DNA of 64,000 bases, taken from positions 96,001 to 160,000 of the forward strand of contig CAWIIP010000001.1 in assembly GCA_963836235.1 (NCBI GenBank). Reading direction: 5' to 3'. The notes beneath the pieces were generated by a model, which was not told the origin of the DNA, did not search any database, and saw nothing but the letters and a program-made list of their open reading frames with translations. The stretch is from an uncultured Pseudomonadota bacterium. Lineage in GTDB: Bacteria; Oederibacteriota; Muellerivitia; Muellerivitales; Muellerivitaceae. The translations under genes and the position numbers were made by a program. The stretch's first letter is position 1. Each line of letters starts with the position of its first letter. This document shows, in pieces, positions 19,658 through 29,958 of the stretch.

Positions 19658-22051
19658 ATGCTTTCGCTGTCCAAACAACTTGAAAACTGGCTGAAGCCCC
19701 TTCGACTCGAGGAAAAACAAGACTTCGCCAACAAATCGGTAATGAAGGGTTTGGACGGTTTTTTGATGGCCCAGTGCGACAAAATTCTGAAGTCCGCCCC
19801 ATTGTATTTCGCCGAAGCCAAGGAATTCTCCGTTTTTTTAAAAGAGCTTCGCGGTTCCTTTTCACAATACATGACCTATAGCCCCCAAGAACGCCGTCAA
19901 TTAGTTGCAGAGACCCAAAAGAGCATTAAAGATTGGGTGGGTAAGCTTCCCAAGGAACCTTTATCTGGCAAACTCGCGTCTGAAAAGCGGAATTTATCCG
20001 ATTCGATCCTTCCGCTTGTCCCTAAAGAAAAACAACGGGCCTTTCATTTAACGGGGCTCAAAACGGTGGACGACTTGCTTCACTATTCGCCCAAATGGGC
20101 CGTCCAGGGGGGTTCTTTTACACCGATCGCCCAATGTGTTACTCGGGAAGAGCCTTACTTCATCCTGGCCCGAATCAACGGCCTATCCGAAATGCGGCGG
20201 GGCCCCCGGGTTTTGGTCAAAGTCGTCTTGCAGGATGCCTCTGGGCATCTGAATTGGGTATGGTTCAATCGGCCCTATCTCAAGAAAGAACTGACCAACG
20301 GCCGTTGGGTTTTATTGCATGAGACGCCCCAAGTTTCCAAGTGGGGAAAGCAGGTTATCGGTAAGGCGGAAACTTTCGAGTTTCTTTCCCCCGAGGAAGA
20401 ACAAGCCTTAAGGGAGGGGAAGGTGATTGTTTTTTATCCCTCGACGAACACCCTCACCCAATCTTTTTGGCGAAATATTATCGGGTTGGCTTTAGAAAAA
20501 TACCGGGATTTGATCCCCTCCAGTCAAAACACGCATTCTTTATTTGGTAAGACCCCATTGTCGGATGCGGTTCAGGAAATCCACCATCCAACCACATTGG
20601 AATCCTTTGAGGGGGCTCGAAAGAGACTGGCCTTTGAGGAACTTTTGGCCTTGCAAACCTTTCTCATCGTTAAACGGCGAGCGATTGAGAAAAGAGAAAA
20701 AGGCAGAGCCTATAACTTTGAGGGCGAACGAATCCTAAAATTTCGAAAAAGTATTCCGTACCAGCCCACCCAGGCCCAAAAAAGGGTTGTAAAGGAGATT
20801 AGGGAAGATTTAGCCAAGCCCCATCCCATGAACCGGCTTTTACAAGGGGATGTGGGAAGCGGTAAAACCCTGGTGGCAGCCATCTCTTTTCTCTATGCCG
20901 CCGATTCAAACCTTCAAAGCGCTTTTATGGCGCCTACCGAAATCTTGGCCCAACAGCACTATGCCAGCTTGGTGAAGCTGCTGGAGCCCGTTGGATTGAA
21001 AACCCTTTTGCTGACCAGCGATATGAAGGCAAAATCTAAAAGGGAATCCTTGGAGAAATTGGCACTGGGTCAGGTGGACGTGGCTATCGGGACCCATGCG
21101 CTTTTGGAAGAAAGCGTGGGGTTCAAGAACCTGGGCTTCTTGGTGATTGACGAGCGGCATAAGTTTGGTGTCATGCAAAGGGCCGCCCTTGAAGCGAAGG
21201 GTAAATGGCCCGATTGCCTGATGATGACAGCCACCCCTTTTCCCCGTGCCTTGGTCCTAACTGAATACGGGGATACGGATTTGTCCCTGCTGGATGAGTT
21301 TCCCAAAGGGCGCAAGGTCATTAAGACCTTTTGGAAAAATGAATCTCAAAAGAACGAAGTTTACACTTTTGCCAAAGAAAGAATTTTAAAAGGCGAGCAG
21401 ATTTTTTGGGTTTTTCCCGTGGTGGAAGAATCCAAAACCTTCCTAAAGTCGGCCATTCAAATGCACCAGCATTTCCAAAAGGAAGTTTTTCACGGGTTTA
21501 AAGTTGGCCTTTTACATGGAAAGATGAAGAAAGAAGAAAAAGAAGCGGTTATGGCAACCTTTTCCAAAAATGAAATTCAGTTATTGGTTGCGACGACTGT
21601 CATTGAAGTGGGGATTGATATCCCCAATGCCACGGTAGTGGTGGTGGAACATGCCGAGCGGTTTGGCCTGGCGCAATTGCACCAATTACGAGGCCGTGTG
21701 GGACGGGGTGGTAACCAGTCCTTTTGTTTCCTTTTAACCTCGCCGGTCATATCGAGCGACGCCATTAAACGCATGAAGATCATGGTAGATACTCTGGATG
21801 GATTCAAACTTTCCGAACTCGACCTTAAAATGCGGGGACCGGGGGAGATTTTTGGTGTGGCTCAATCCGGACGCCGCGAGGGCGGGATTGTGGATTTAAA
21901 AAGGGATGTGGATGTGGTGGATGAAGCCAGGAAAGCAGCGTTAACTATTATTGAAGGTGATCCCAAGCTTATATCGGACGATAACAAAGGTCTGCGCCAA
22001 AACTTAGAATCGAAGTATCGGGATTTGCTCGATTTGGCCCAGATTTCATAA
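19658..22051 (+). CDS. recG: ATP-dependent DNA helicase RecG
   Basis: RLAFEEL, MNRLLQGDVGSGKT, DERHKFG, MTATP, QLHQLRGRVGRG, DLKMRGPGE. Confidence 0.96.
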   Translation: MLSLSKQLENWLKPLRLEEKQDFANKSVMKGLDGFLMAQCDKILKSAPLYFAEAKEFSVFLKELRGSFSQYMTYSPQERRQLVAETQKSIKDWVGKLPKEPLSGKLASEKRNLSDSILPLVPKEKQRAFHLTGLKTVDDLLHYSPKWAVQGGSFTPIAQCVTREEPYFILARINGLSEMRRGPRVLVKVVLQDASGHLNWVWFNRPYLKKELTNGRWVLLHETPQVSKWGKQVIGKAETFEFLSPEEEQALREGKVIVFYPSTNTLTQSFWRNIIGLALEKYRDLIPSSQNTHSLFGKTPLSDAVQEIHHPTTLESFEGARKRLAFEELLALQTFLIVKRRAIEKREKGRAYNFEGERILKFRKSIPYQPTQAQKRVVKEIREDLAKPHPMNRLLQGDVGSGKTLVAAISFLYAADSNLQSAFMAPTEILAQQHYASLVKLLEPVGLKTLLLTSDMKAKSKRESLEKLALGQVDVAIGTHALLEESVGFKNLGFLVIDERHKFGVMQRAALEAKGKWPDCLMMTATPFPRALVLTEYGDTDLSLLDEFPKGRKVIKTFWKNESQKNEVYTFAKERILKGEQIFWVFPVVEESKTFLKSAIQMHQHFQKEVFHGFKVGLLHGKMKKEEKEAVMATFSKNEIQLLVATTVIEVGIDIPNATVVVVEHAERFGLAQLHQLRGRVGRGGNQSFCFLLTSPVISSDAIKRMKIMVDTLDGFKLSELDLKMRGPGEIFGVAQSGRREGGIVDLKRDVDVVDEARKAALTIIEGDPKLISDDNKGLRQNLESKYRDLLDLAQIS

Positions 22052-22166
22052 AACACCGCCCTGATGATTCTGTTTATTAACGGAGCAAGCTTTGAAATAA
22101 CCTAAAAATGGTGAAATTCGAAGATTAAAATGGATTGATTCGAGTTAAACACGGGGAGGATTAAAA

Positions 22167-22519
22167 TTGAGGAGAAAAATAATAACCTCGGTTCTTATTA
22201 TCACCTTATCACCATTTTTTCTGGATTTCTAGCTGGCTGTAAAAAATCTGTTCCTATTGGTCAAAAAGAGCAGGAAATTTCAAAAAAATTAAAAGAGGCT
22301 TTGCCTTATGGATCGAGTGTTAAAAATCTGATTTCTTACTTGGATACAAATAAGATTGAGCACGGTGAATACGATTCAACAAGCCATACATTAGGCGCAA
22401 TAATTAGGGATGTAGATAGAAGCCCCGTTGTGATCACCCATGTTCAAATCACCTTTCTATTTGATAAAAAAGATAAGTTGATGACTTTTACATGGAAAGA
22501 GGCTTATACAGGTCTTTGA
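22167..22519 (+). pseudogene. Small lipoprotein gene frameshifted by an 8-bp tandem duplication in the signal peptide
   Basis: GGGGAGG RBS, TTG start, TTATCACC x2 at 22198-22213; deleting one copy gives MRRKIITSVLIITIFSGFLAGC in frame with ORF 22301-22519. Confidence 0.65.
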
Positions 22520-22590
22520 CGTACCTAACTTATCGAATTGCCTCGAATTTAGGGGTTCGCAAATCGTACGGGATGGGGAGTCGTTAACTC

Positions 22591-23166
22591 ATGAGAGTCA
22601 TCGCAGGAAAATTTAAAAGCCGCCCTATCAAGGCACCCAAAAACATGCGTATTCGCCCCACTTCCGACAAGGTCAAAGGGGCGCTTTTCAACATGTTGGA
22701 ACCCTTGCAAGATTGTAGTGTTGTTGATTTTTACGCTGGAACAGGGAATCTAGGAATCGAAGCTATAAGCCGTGGGGCCAATGAAGTTGTCTTCGTCGAA
22801 AAAGAACCTGAAAGTCTTAAACTGGTTAACGAGAATCTGCAAAGTTTCGGGATAAATCCAAGGGATTCAAAAGAAAATATTCGGGTCATTCCTTCGGAAG
22901 TGGCCAAGGCTTTTTATTTGCTTCGTCAGGAGGGCAAAAAGTTTGATATTCTACTGGCCGATCCGCCTTATGAAACCGGGGTTTTAAAAAGGCTTCAGCA
23001 TCTATTGATGGAGTATCCGATTCTCAAGGACGGTGGTATTTTCGCCATTGAGCACGGCCTGAAGGATACGGAATTGGCCGCCGAGTTTCCTTATCCCTTG
23101 ATCCGGCAAAAGAAGTATGGGGATACTTACTTAAGTTTATTTAAGAATTCCGTTAAGGACGAATAA
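22591..23166 (+). CDS. rsmD: 16S rRNA m2G966 methyltransferase
   Basis: MRVIAG, RPTSDKVKGALFN, DFYAGTG, EAISRGA, DPPY. Confidence 0.95.
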   Translation: MRVIAGKFKSRPIKAPKNMRIRPTSDKVKGALFNMLEPLQDCSVVDFYAGTGNLGIEAISRGANEVVFVEKEPESLKLVNENLQSFGINPRDSKENIRVIPSEVAKAFYLLRQEGKKFDILLADPPYETGVLKRLQHLLMEYPILKDGGIFAIEHGLKDTELAAEFPYPLIRQKKYGDTYLSLFKNSVKDE

Positions 23167-23654
23167 TGAGTAAGAAGAAAAAAATGATCGGGCTGTACCC
23201 CGGATCCTTCGACCCGGTTACCAATGGCCACTTGGACATTGCTGAGCGCGCATTCCAGCTTTGTGATGAGCTTTATGTTTCGGTTGTGGCGAATCCCTCA
23301 AAAGACACTCTTTTTTCCATCGAAGAAAGGGTGGCGCTGCTTCGTCAGACGACAAAACACCTTCCCAATATTATTATTTCGTCTTTTAACGGCTTATTGG
23401 TCAATTATGCCCGGGAAATCAAAGCCAGCCTTATCTTTCGAGGATTGCGTGCGGTTTCGGATTTTGAGTATGAATTCCAAATGGCACTGATCAACAGGGC
23501 GTTGCACCAACAGATCGAAGTGGTGTTTTTGGTTCCAAATGAAAAATTTATCTTCTTGTCCTCCAGTTCAATCAAAGAAGTGGCTAAATTAGGCGGCGAC
23601 GTCAGTGGTTTTGTCCCATCGGTAGTTGAAAAAGCACTTCGCAAACGATATTGA
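23166..23654 (+). CDS. coaD: Phosphopantetheine adenylyltransferase
   Basis: YPGSFDPVTNGHLDI, RGLRAVSDFEYE, SSSSIKE. Confidence 0.97.
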   Translation: MSKKKKMIGLYPGSFDPVTNGHLDIAERAFQLCDELYVSVVANPSKDTLFSIEERVALLRQTTKHLPNIIISSFNGLLVNYAREIKASLIFRGLRAVSDFEYEFQMALINRALHQQIEVVFLVPNEKFIFLSSSSIKEVAKLGGDVSGFVPSVVEKALRKRY

Positions 23655-23709
23655 TCGAATCTATCGAATAAAACTCTCCGCAAAATGGCCTGGAAATAAG
23701 GGTATTTCC

Positions 23710-23739
23710 TTGACACTGAAAGTAAGGGATTCCTATAAT
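23710..23739 (+). promoter_or_regulatory. Consensus sigma70 promoter of the yceD-rpmF-plsX-fab operon
   Basis: TTGACA-18-TATAAT. Confidence 0.75.
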
Positions 23740-23861
23740 CCGACTGCTTTTTAGGCCTTAGCAGTTGCCAGCCCATAGCTTTCAGCCTTAAATTGTAAAT
23801 GGAATTTATTACTGACAGCTGACGGTTGAAAGCTGGTTCATGGAAGGGAGGCGACGCAACG

Positions 23862-24383
23862 ATGTTGAAGGTGGAATTGCGTTCGCTGGAACAAGAAGAC
23901 CTGGTTTTAGAAGAGACGAGCTGGCCACATTCTTTGGGCATGGATTTGGCCCCGGAATTAAGCCGGGAACCGCTGGCGATTTTTTGCCAAATTTCCAAAA
24001 GCGGGGATTTGATTTCAGTAAAGGGCTGGGTTCAAAGCAAGATGCTTTTGACCTGCGGCCGTTGCCTGAAAGAGTTCGAGACCCCTTACAAGTCGTTCTT
24101 TGAGGTTCATTACCGGCCCCAATGCGAGGGCAGCCCCGACGAAAGGGACAGCATTCCCGAGGGGGAAGTCGAGATCGTTTATTTCGAGGGAGATGTGCTG
24201 GATATTGGCGACCAAATCCGCCAGACCATCATTCTCTCGGTGCCCATGCGGGCCCTTTGCCGGGAGGATTGCCGGGGGCTTTGTAGTGGCTGTGGTTATG
24301 ATTTGAACCTGGAAGCCTGCCGTTGCACGGAGCCGCCCTCCGATTCGCGGTGGGAAGCCTTAAGAAAATGGAAATCAGGATAA
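23862..24383 (+). CDS. YceD/DUF177 family protein
   Basis: CGRCL, LCREDCRGLCSGCG.DLN..C.C, DSRWEAL; upstream of rpmF. Confidence 0.93.
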   Translation: MLKVELRSLEQEDLVLEETSWPHSLGMDLAPELSREPLAIFCQISKSGDLISVKGWVQSKMLLTCGRCLKEFETPYKSFFEVHYRPQCEGSPDERDSIPEGEVEIVYFEGDVLDIGDQIRQTIILSVPMRALCREDCRGLCSGCGYDLNLEACRCTEPPSDSRWEALRKWKSG

Positions 24384-24467
24384 GACAGTTCGCGGTTGGC
24401 GGCTGGTATTTGACAGCTTCGACAAACGGCTTGTTTTAGATAGTTTTTAAAAATTTTGGAGGTTGTC

Positions 24468-24650
24468 ATGGCAAATCCGAAACGGCGGCATTCCCGTCAG
24501 CGCCGCGATAAGCGCCGCACCAATTGGAAAATCAAGACCAAGTCTCTGTCGGTCTGCCCCCAGTGCAAAAGCGCGAAGATGCCCCACCGTGTCTGTCCTA
24601 CCTGCGGATATTACAAGGGCAAAGAAGTCGTCAGCGTTGACATCGCTTAA
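24468..24650 (+). CDS. rpmF: 50S ribosomal protein L32
   Basis: MANPKRRHSRQRRDKRR, CPQC, PHRVCPTCGYYKG. Confidence 0.97.
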   Translation: MANPKRRHSRQRRDKRRTNWKIKTKSLSVCPQCKSAKMPHRVCPTCGYYKGKEVVSVDIA

Positions 24651-24659
24651 ACATTCCAA

Positions 24660-25715
24660 ATGAGAATAGCCCTTGATGCAATGGGTGGTGACGCTGCTCC
24701 CCGGGAAATCGTCCAGGGAGCTGTCCTCGCCGTTCGTGATTCCGAAGTCCTCGGCATGGCCAACCACGACCTGGAATTGGTTCTGGTAGGCCGTAAAGAG
24801 GATATCGAAAAAGAGCTTTCCCATATCGGAAGCTATCCCCGGAAATCCATTTCCATTGTGGATGCTAGGGAAGTGGTGGGTATGGGTGAGAGTCCCGCCC
24901 AAGCTTGTAAGCAAAAACGAGATTCCTCGGTGGTCCGTTGCGCCGGAATGGTTAAAAAAGGAGAAGTGGTCGCCACCGTTTCCGCGGGGAATTCTGGTGC
25001 CACCATGGCTGCAGCCCTGATGATGTGCGGTCGAATTGACGGTGTTCTACGCCCCGCCATTACAACCATGGTTCCCAGTATCCAAGGCGTTTCGGTCCTA
25101 GTGGACGCTGGTGCAAACGTCGATTGCAAGGCTAAGCATTTGCTTCAATTCGCCCTCATGGGCGAGGTTTTTGCCCGGACGGTTTTGAATTTTAAAAACC
25201 CAAGGGTCGGCCTTCTTTCCATTGGCGAAGAGGAAACCAAGGGCAATGAACTGGTCTTTGAAACCCAGGCCCTTTTAAAAAAAGTTCCTATTAATTACAT
25301 AGGAAATGTCGAGGGTCGTGACATTGTAAATGGCAATACGGACGTGACCGTTTGCGACGGATTTACCGGCAATGTGACCCTCAAAGCTATCGAAGGTGTT
25401 GGCGAACTGGTTTACAACCTCCTTAAGAAAGAAATGAGCTCGAATCTTTTTACACTGCTCGGCGGGCTTTTGGCTGCTCCAGCTTTTAGGCGTTTCAAAA
25501 GAGCTATTGATTATAAAGAATACGGCGGAGCTCCTTTGCTGGGGATTGATGGGCTAAGCCTCATTTCTCACGGAAAATCGAACGCTGTTGCGATTAAAAA
25601 TGCCGTTCGGGCGACCTTACGGTGTGTCAACCGTGATATGAATGGCATATTGAAAGAACAAATTTTGAAACACGGGCAAGTCATTGATAAGCCCGAAACG
25701 AAGCCGGGGAGTTAA
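24660..25715 (+). CDS. plsX: Phosphate acyltransferase PlsX
   Basis: IALDAMGGD, SAGNSGA, DAGAN, GEEETKG, CDGFTGN, YGGAPLLG. Confidence 0.97.
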   Translation: MRIALDAMGGDAAPREIVQGAVLAVRDSEVLGMANHDLELVLVGRKEDIEKELSHIGSYPRKSISIVDAREVVGMGESPAQACKQKRDSSVVRCAGMVKKGEVVATVSAGNSGATMAAALMMCGRIDGVLRPAITTMVPSIQGVSVLVDAGANVDCKAKHLLQFALMGEVFARTVLNFKNPRVGLLSIGEEETKGNELVFETQALLKKVPINYIGNVEGRDIVNGNTDVTVCDGFTGNVTLKAIEGVGELVYNLLKKEMSSNLFTLLGGLLAAPAFRRFKRAIDYKEYGGAPLLGIDGLSLISHGKSNAVAIKNAVRATLRCVNRDMNGILKEQILKHGQVIDKPETKPGS

Positions 25716-25716
25716 T

Positions 25717-26709
25717 GTGAGCGAGAAAATCCGCGCAGGGTTCCTCGGAACTGGTTCTTATTTACCTGAAAAAATCCTAACCAACCAAGAGATGGAAAAA
25801 ATCATTGATACCTCCGATGAATGGATAGTCACTCGTACCGGGATTAAAGAGAGGCACGTTGCCGCGCCCGATCAAACCACGTCCGATATGGCAACGGAAG
25901 CTGCCAAACGGGCACTTGCAGCGGCGGGGTTAAAAGCCACCGACTTGGATTTGATTATTGTCGCTACCATCACGCCGGATATGCCGACCCCCGCCACCGC
26001 TTGCTGGGTGCAAAGTAAGTTGGGAGCTCCACAAGCCGCGGCTTTTGACCTTTCCGCCGCCTGCTCGGGTTTTGTTTATGGAATATCTTTAGCCAGAGCT
26101 TTCGTGGAAAGCGGGACTTACCAAAAGATTCTCCTGATTGGTGCCGAAAAATTGACTGCATTCATCGACTGGAAGGACAGGGCTACCTGCGTGCTTTTTG
26201 GAGATGGGGCTGGTGCGGCAATTATTGGACCCGTGGTCGAGGGCCAGCATGAAATCCTTTCGTCTTATATGGCCGCTAACGGTAAAGAAGCTGAACTATT
26301 AAAAATACCGGGCGGTGGATGCCGTTTTCCATCATCCCTGCAGACTGTGGAACAACGGTTACATACTTTGAAAATGGAAGGTAAAGAAATTTTCAAAACG
26401 GCCGTGAAAGTTATGACCGAAGCCACGCTTGAGGCAATAAAACGGGCTCACCTGAAGCCCGAGGATATTTCGTTGGTTATTCCACATCAAGCCAATATCC
26501 GTATTATTAACGCCATCGGAGAAAGGCTGAATTTCCCACCGGAAAAACTATTCATGAATTTGGATAAAGTTGGCAACACTTCGGCAGCTTCAGTCATCAT
26601 CGCTTTGGACGAAGTGGTAAAAACCGGGAAAATCCATAAGGGGCAGGCCCTTGTTTTTGTGGCTTTTGGCGCGGGAACTACATTGGCTTCCTGTGCGGTG
26701 AGGTGGTAA
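25717..26709 (+). CDS. fabH: Beta-ketoacyl-ACP synthase III
   Basis: DTSDEWI..RTGI, AACSGF, LFGDGAGA, PHQANIRI, GNTSAAS. Confidence 0.97.
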   Translation: MSEKIRAGFLGTGSYLPEKILTNQEMEKIIDTSDEWIVTRTGIKERHVAAPDQTTSDMATEAAKRALAAAGLKATDLDLIIVATITPDMPTPATACWVQSKLGAPQAAAFDLSAACSGFVYGISLARAFVESGTYQKILLIGAEKLTAFIDWKDRATCVLFGDGAGAAIIGPVVEGQHEILSSYMAANGKEAELLKIPGGGCRFPSSLQTVEQRLHTLKMEGKEIFKTAVKVMTEATLEAIKRAHLKPEDISLVIPHQANIRIINAIGERLNFPPEKLFMNLDKVGNTSAASVIIALDEVVKTGKIHKGQALVFVAFGAGTTLASCAVRW

Positions 26710-26712
26710 TCC

Positions 26713-27636
26713 ATGAAACGAGCTTTTGTTTTTCCGGGACAGGGATCCCAATCGATGGGAATGGGGATGGACCTCTTCAAGTCCTACCCCGAATGCCGAG
26801 ATCTTTTTGAACGAGCGGATCAAGCGCTTGGTTTTTCACTCTCTAAAGTTTGTTTTGAGGGGCCCGAGGAAGAACTGAAAAAAACAACCGTAACTCAGCC
26901 TGCCCTTTTGGTTTGTTCCATGGCGGCTTTAGCTGTTTTGAAAAAGGCGGAGATTGGGTTTGAAGCTGTAGCGGGACATAGTTTGGGAGCCTATAGTGCT
27001 CTTGCGGCTGCGAATGTCATTGCCTTCGAGGACGCGATCAAATTGGTACGCCGCCGGGGCGAGTTGATGGAAGAAGCTGGGAAGGGTAAGGGGACCATGG
27101 CGGTCATTCTCATGTTGGACGAGGAAAAAGTAATCCAAGCCTGCAAGGAAGCGTCGTCTCAAGGTGTCGTAGAGCCGGCTAATGTCAATTGTCCTGGGCA
27201 AATTGTGATTTCGGGTGAAAAGGCCGCAGTGACGGCCGCCTGCGAGAGAGCAAAGGCCTTAGGCGCCAAAAGAGCTATGGAACTTCCGGTAAGCGGCCCT
27301 TTCCATAGTTCTCTCATGAAGCAAGCCGCAGATGGCTTGGGTCAGGTTTTGGAAAAAATGAATTTTTCGACGCCGCAGGTTACTTATTATTCCGACATTG
27401 ATGCCGTCATTATGAGTGACGTTACCCTGATTAAGGAAAGCTTGGTTCGGCAGCTCATGGCTCCCGTTCAATGGATTAAGACCATTGAAAAAATGACCGA
27501 AGATGGTTTCACCTCTTATGTGGAAGTTGGACCGGGTAAGGTTTTGAACGGACTCATTAAAAAAATTTCAAAGGATTCCATCACTTCGAATGCCGGGGAC
27601 ATGGAGTCGATTCAATCGGTAATAGAGGCGAAATGA
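26713..27636 (+). CDS. fabD: Malonyl-CoA:ACP transacylase
   Basis: FPGQGSQ, GHSLG, VSGPFHS, EVGPGKVL. Confidence 0.97.
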   Translation: MKRAFVFPGQGSQSMGMGMDLFKSYPECRDLFERADQALGFSLSKVCFEGPEEELKKTTVTQPALLVCSMAALAVLKKAEIGFEAVAGHSLGAYSALAAANVIAFEDAIKLVRRRGELMEEAGKGKGTMAVILMLDEEKVIQACKEASSQGVVEPANVNCPGQIVISGEKAAVTAACERAKALGAKRAMELPVSGPFHSSLMKQAADGLGQVLEKMNFSTPQVTYYSDIDAVIMSDVTLIKESLVRQLMAPVQWIKTIEKMTEDGFTSYVEVGPGKVLNGLIKKISKDSITSNAGDMESIQSVIEAK

Positions 27637-28373
27637 GCTTGAAAGACAAAGTCGCCGTGGTGACAGGTGGTAACCGAGGCATTGGCAAGTCGATAGCCCT
27701 TACTTTGGCCCAAAATGGGGCTTCTTTGGCTATTTGTGGCACCAATGAGACCACCTTAAAGGAAACGGCGGCGGAGATTGAAAAAACCGGCGTGAAATGC
27801 CTCGCCCAAAAGGCGGACGTTTCCAAGGCCCAAGAGGTCGATTCTTTTTCAAAAGCGGTTTTGGATACCTTTGGGAAGGTTGACGTGCTCGTAAACAACG
27901 CGGGCATCACGAAGGACAATCTTTTAATTCGCATGAGCGAACAAGAATGGGATGATGTCATCGATATTAATTTGAAGAGTGCTTTCCTGATGACGAAGGC
28001 TTTTGTCCGATCGATGATGAAGGCTCGGCAAGGGCGCATTATCAACATCACTTCCATCATCGGAATTAGGGGTAACGCTGGTCAGGCCAATTATGCCGCA
28101 AGTAAAGCAGGAATTATTGGTTTGACAAAAACTACAGCGCGAGAATTCGCTAGCCGAAACATCACTTGCAATGCGATCGCTCCAGGATTCATCCAAACCG
28201 ATATGACGAATGCTTTAGGCGAAAAAGCGAAGGAAGAATTGTTACAACAAATTCCTTTGGGATTCTTGGGCGAAACGGCGGATATTGCCGGTACGGTTTT
28301 GTTTTTTGCCTCTAATGAGGCGAGATATATTACAGGACAAGTTATTTGCGTTGATGGTGGAATGGTGATATAA
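27633..28373 (+). CDS. fabG: 3-oxoacyl-ACP reductase
   Basis: TGGNRGIG, NNAGITKD, GQANYAASK, PGFIQTDMT. Confidence 0.97.
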   Translation: MSLKDKVAVVTGGNRGIGKSIALTLAQNGASLAICGTNETTLKETAAEIEKTGVKCLAQKADVSKAQEVDSFSKAVLDTFGKVDVLVNNAGITKDNLLIRMSEQEWDDVIDINLKSAFLMTKAFVRSMMKARQGRIINITSIIGIRGNAGQANYAASKAGIIGLTKTTAREFASRNITCNAIAPGFIQTDMTNALGEKAKEELLQQIPLGFLGETADIAGTVLFFASNEARYITGQVICVDGGMVI

Positions 28374-28453
28374 GAGTCTGCTTTTGGAAGTCGCAGTTGA
28401 AAAGGGTTATTTTTTGCCTATGATGAATCACACTTTTAACGGAGGTGAAGACG

Positions 28454-28690
28454 ATGGCCATTGAAGATAAGGTGAAGGAAATTATCGTTGATCAATTGGG
28501 AGTCGAACCCGATCAAGTGAAGCCCGAGGCTTCCTTTATTGACGATTTAGGCGCCGATTCCTTGGATACAGTTGAATTGGTGATGGCGTTTGAGGAAGAG
28601 TTTGATCTGGAAATTCCCGATGATGATGCCGCGAAGATTAAAAGTGTTGGAGATGCAATTACTTATATTAAGTCTAAAGCTTCAGAATAA
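28454..28690 (+). CDS. acpP: Acyl carrier protein
   Basis: [20 protein letters not shown]. Confidence 0.98.
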   Translation: MAIEDKVKEIIVDQLGVEPDQVKPEASFIDDLGADSLDTVELVMAFEEEFDLEIPDDDAAKIKSVGDAITYIKSKASE

Positions 28691-28713
28691 TTTTCCCTTT
28701 TCAGGAGGGTTTC

Positions 28714-29958
28714 TTGAAACGCGTTGTCATCACCGGTCTGGGGGCCATCACTCCCAACGGCAATAATCCAAATGATTTCTTTAAGAATATCTGTGACGGA
28801 AAGAGCGGTATCGCAACTTTGACCCGCTTTGATCCTTCACGTTTGGCTAGCCGGATTGGGGGAGAAGTTAAAGATTTTGACCCGGTCAAATTTGGGATCG
28901 AAAAAAAAGACGTCAAAAAGATGGATTATTTTGTTCAGTACGGTGTGGCCGCCAGTCTCCAAGCGGTTGCTGACGCTAAACTGGACATGACCAGGGAAGA
29001 TAAGACCCGTGTGGGTGTTTTGATCGGTTCGGGAATCGGGGGACTTCCGGTTTTGGTGGAACAACACGCTCGGTTGATTGAAAAGGGTCCGGATCGTGTT
29101 TCTCCTTTTCTTATACCGATGATGATCATCAACATGGCTTCTGGCATGACCTCTATCTATCTGGAGGCTCAAGGACCTAATACCGCAACCGTTTCGGCTT
29201 GCGCTTCGGGCGCTCATGCTATTGGGGAAGCCGTTCGCTGGATTCAAAAAGGTGATGCCGATGTGGTCATTGCTGGTGGAGCCGAGGCCTGCATCACAGA
29301 ACTAGGCTATGCCGGCTTCTGCAATATGCATGCTCTTTGTATGGATTTCAACGATGACCCAACCAGGGGCAGCAGGCCTTTCGATAAAAACCGCTGTGGA
29401 TTTGTAATGGGCGAAGGCGCGGGAATTGTCGTATTGGAGTCACTTGAACACGCCCAAGCCCGAGGAGCTAGAATTTATGCTGAGGCTATCGGTTATGGTA
29501 TGACCTCCGATGCCTATCACATGACTACTCCTGCGGAAAACGGGGAAGGTGCCGCACGAGCGATGCAGTTGGCCCTGAAGGACGCCAAAATAAACCCCGA
29601 AGCGGTGGGTTATGTTAATGCCCATGGGACTTCCACTCCTTATAACGACAAATTTGAGACCATGGCGATTAAGACAGTTTTCAAAGAACATGCGAAAAAA
29701 GTAGCGATTTCTTCGACTAAGTCGACAACCGGCCATTTATTGGGCGCCGCAGGCGGAATAGAATACGTGGCCTGTATTCTCGCCATGCAGGAGGGTATTC
29801 TTCCACCAACCATCAACCAAGAAGTGGCAGATCCCGAATGCGATTTGGATTATATCCCCAACCAAAAACGGGTTTTGCCCGTAAATATTTGTCTTTCCAA
29901 TTCTTTGGGGTTTGGCGGCCATAATGTCTCTCTCATTGTTCAAAAATTTAATTCCTAA
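28714..29958 (+). CDS. fabF: Beta-ketoacyl-ACP synthase II
   Basis: RVVITGLG, SACASG, SRPFD, NAHGTST, GHLLGAAG, GFGGHN. Confidence 0.97.
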   Translation: MKRVVITGLGAITPNGNNPNDFFKNICDGKSGIATLTRFDPSRLASRIGGEVKDFDPVKFGIEKKDVKKMDYFVQYGVAASLQAVADAKLDMTREDKTRVGVLIGSGIGGLPVLVEQHARLIEKGPDRVSPFLIPMMIINMASGMTSIYLEAQGPNTATVSACASGAHAIGEAVRWIQKGDADVVIAGGAEACITELGYAGFCNMHALCMDFNDDPTRGSRPFDKNRCGFVMGEGAGIVVLESLEHAQARGARIYAEAIGYGMTSDAYHMTTPAENGEGAARAMQLALKDAKINPEAVGYVNAHGTSTPYNDKFETMAIKTVFKEHAKKVAISSTKSTTGHLLGAAGGIEYVACILAMQEGILPPTINQEVADPECDLDYIPNQKRVLPVNICLSNSLGFGGHNVSLIVQKFNS

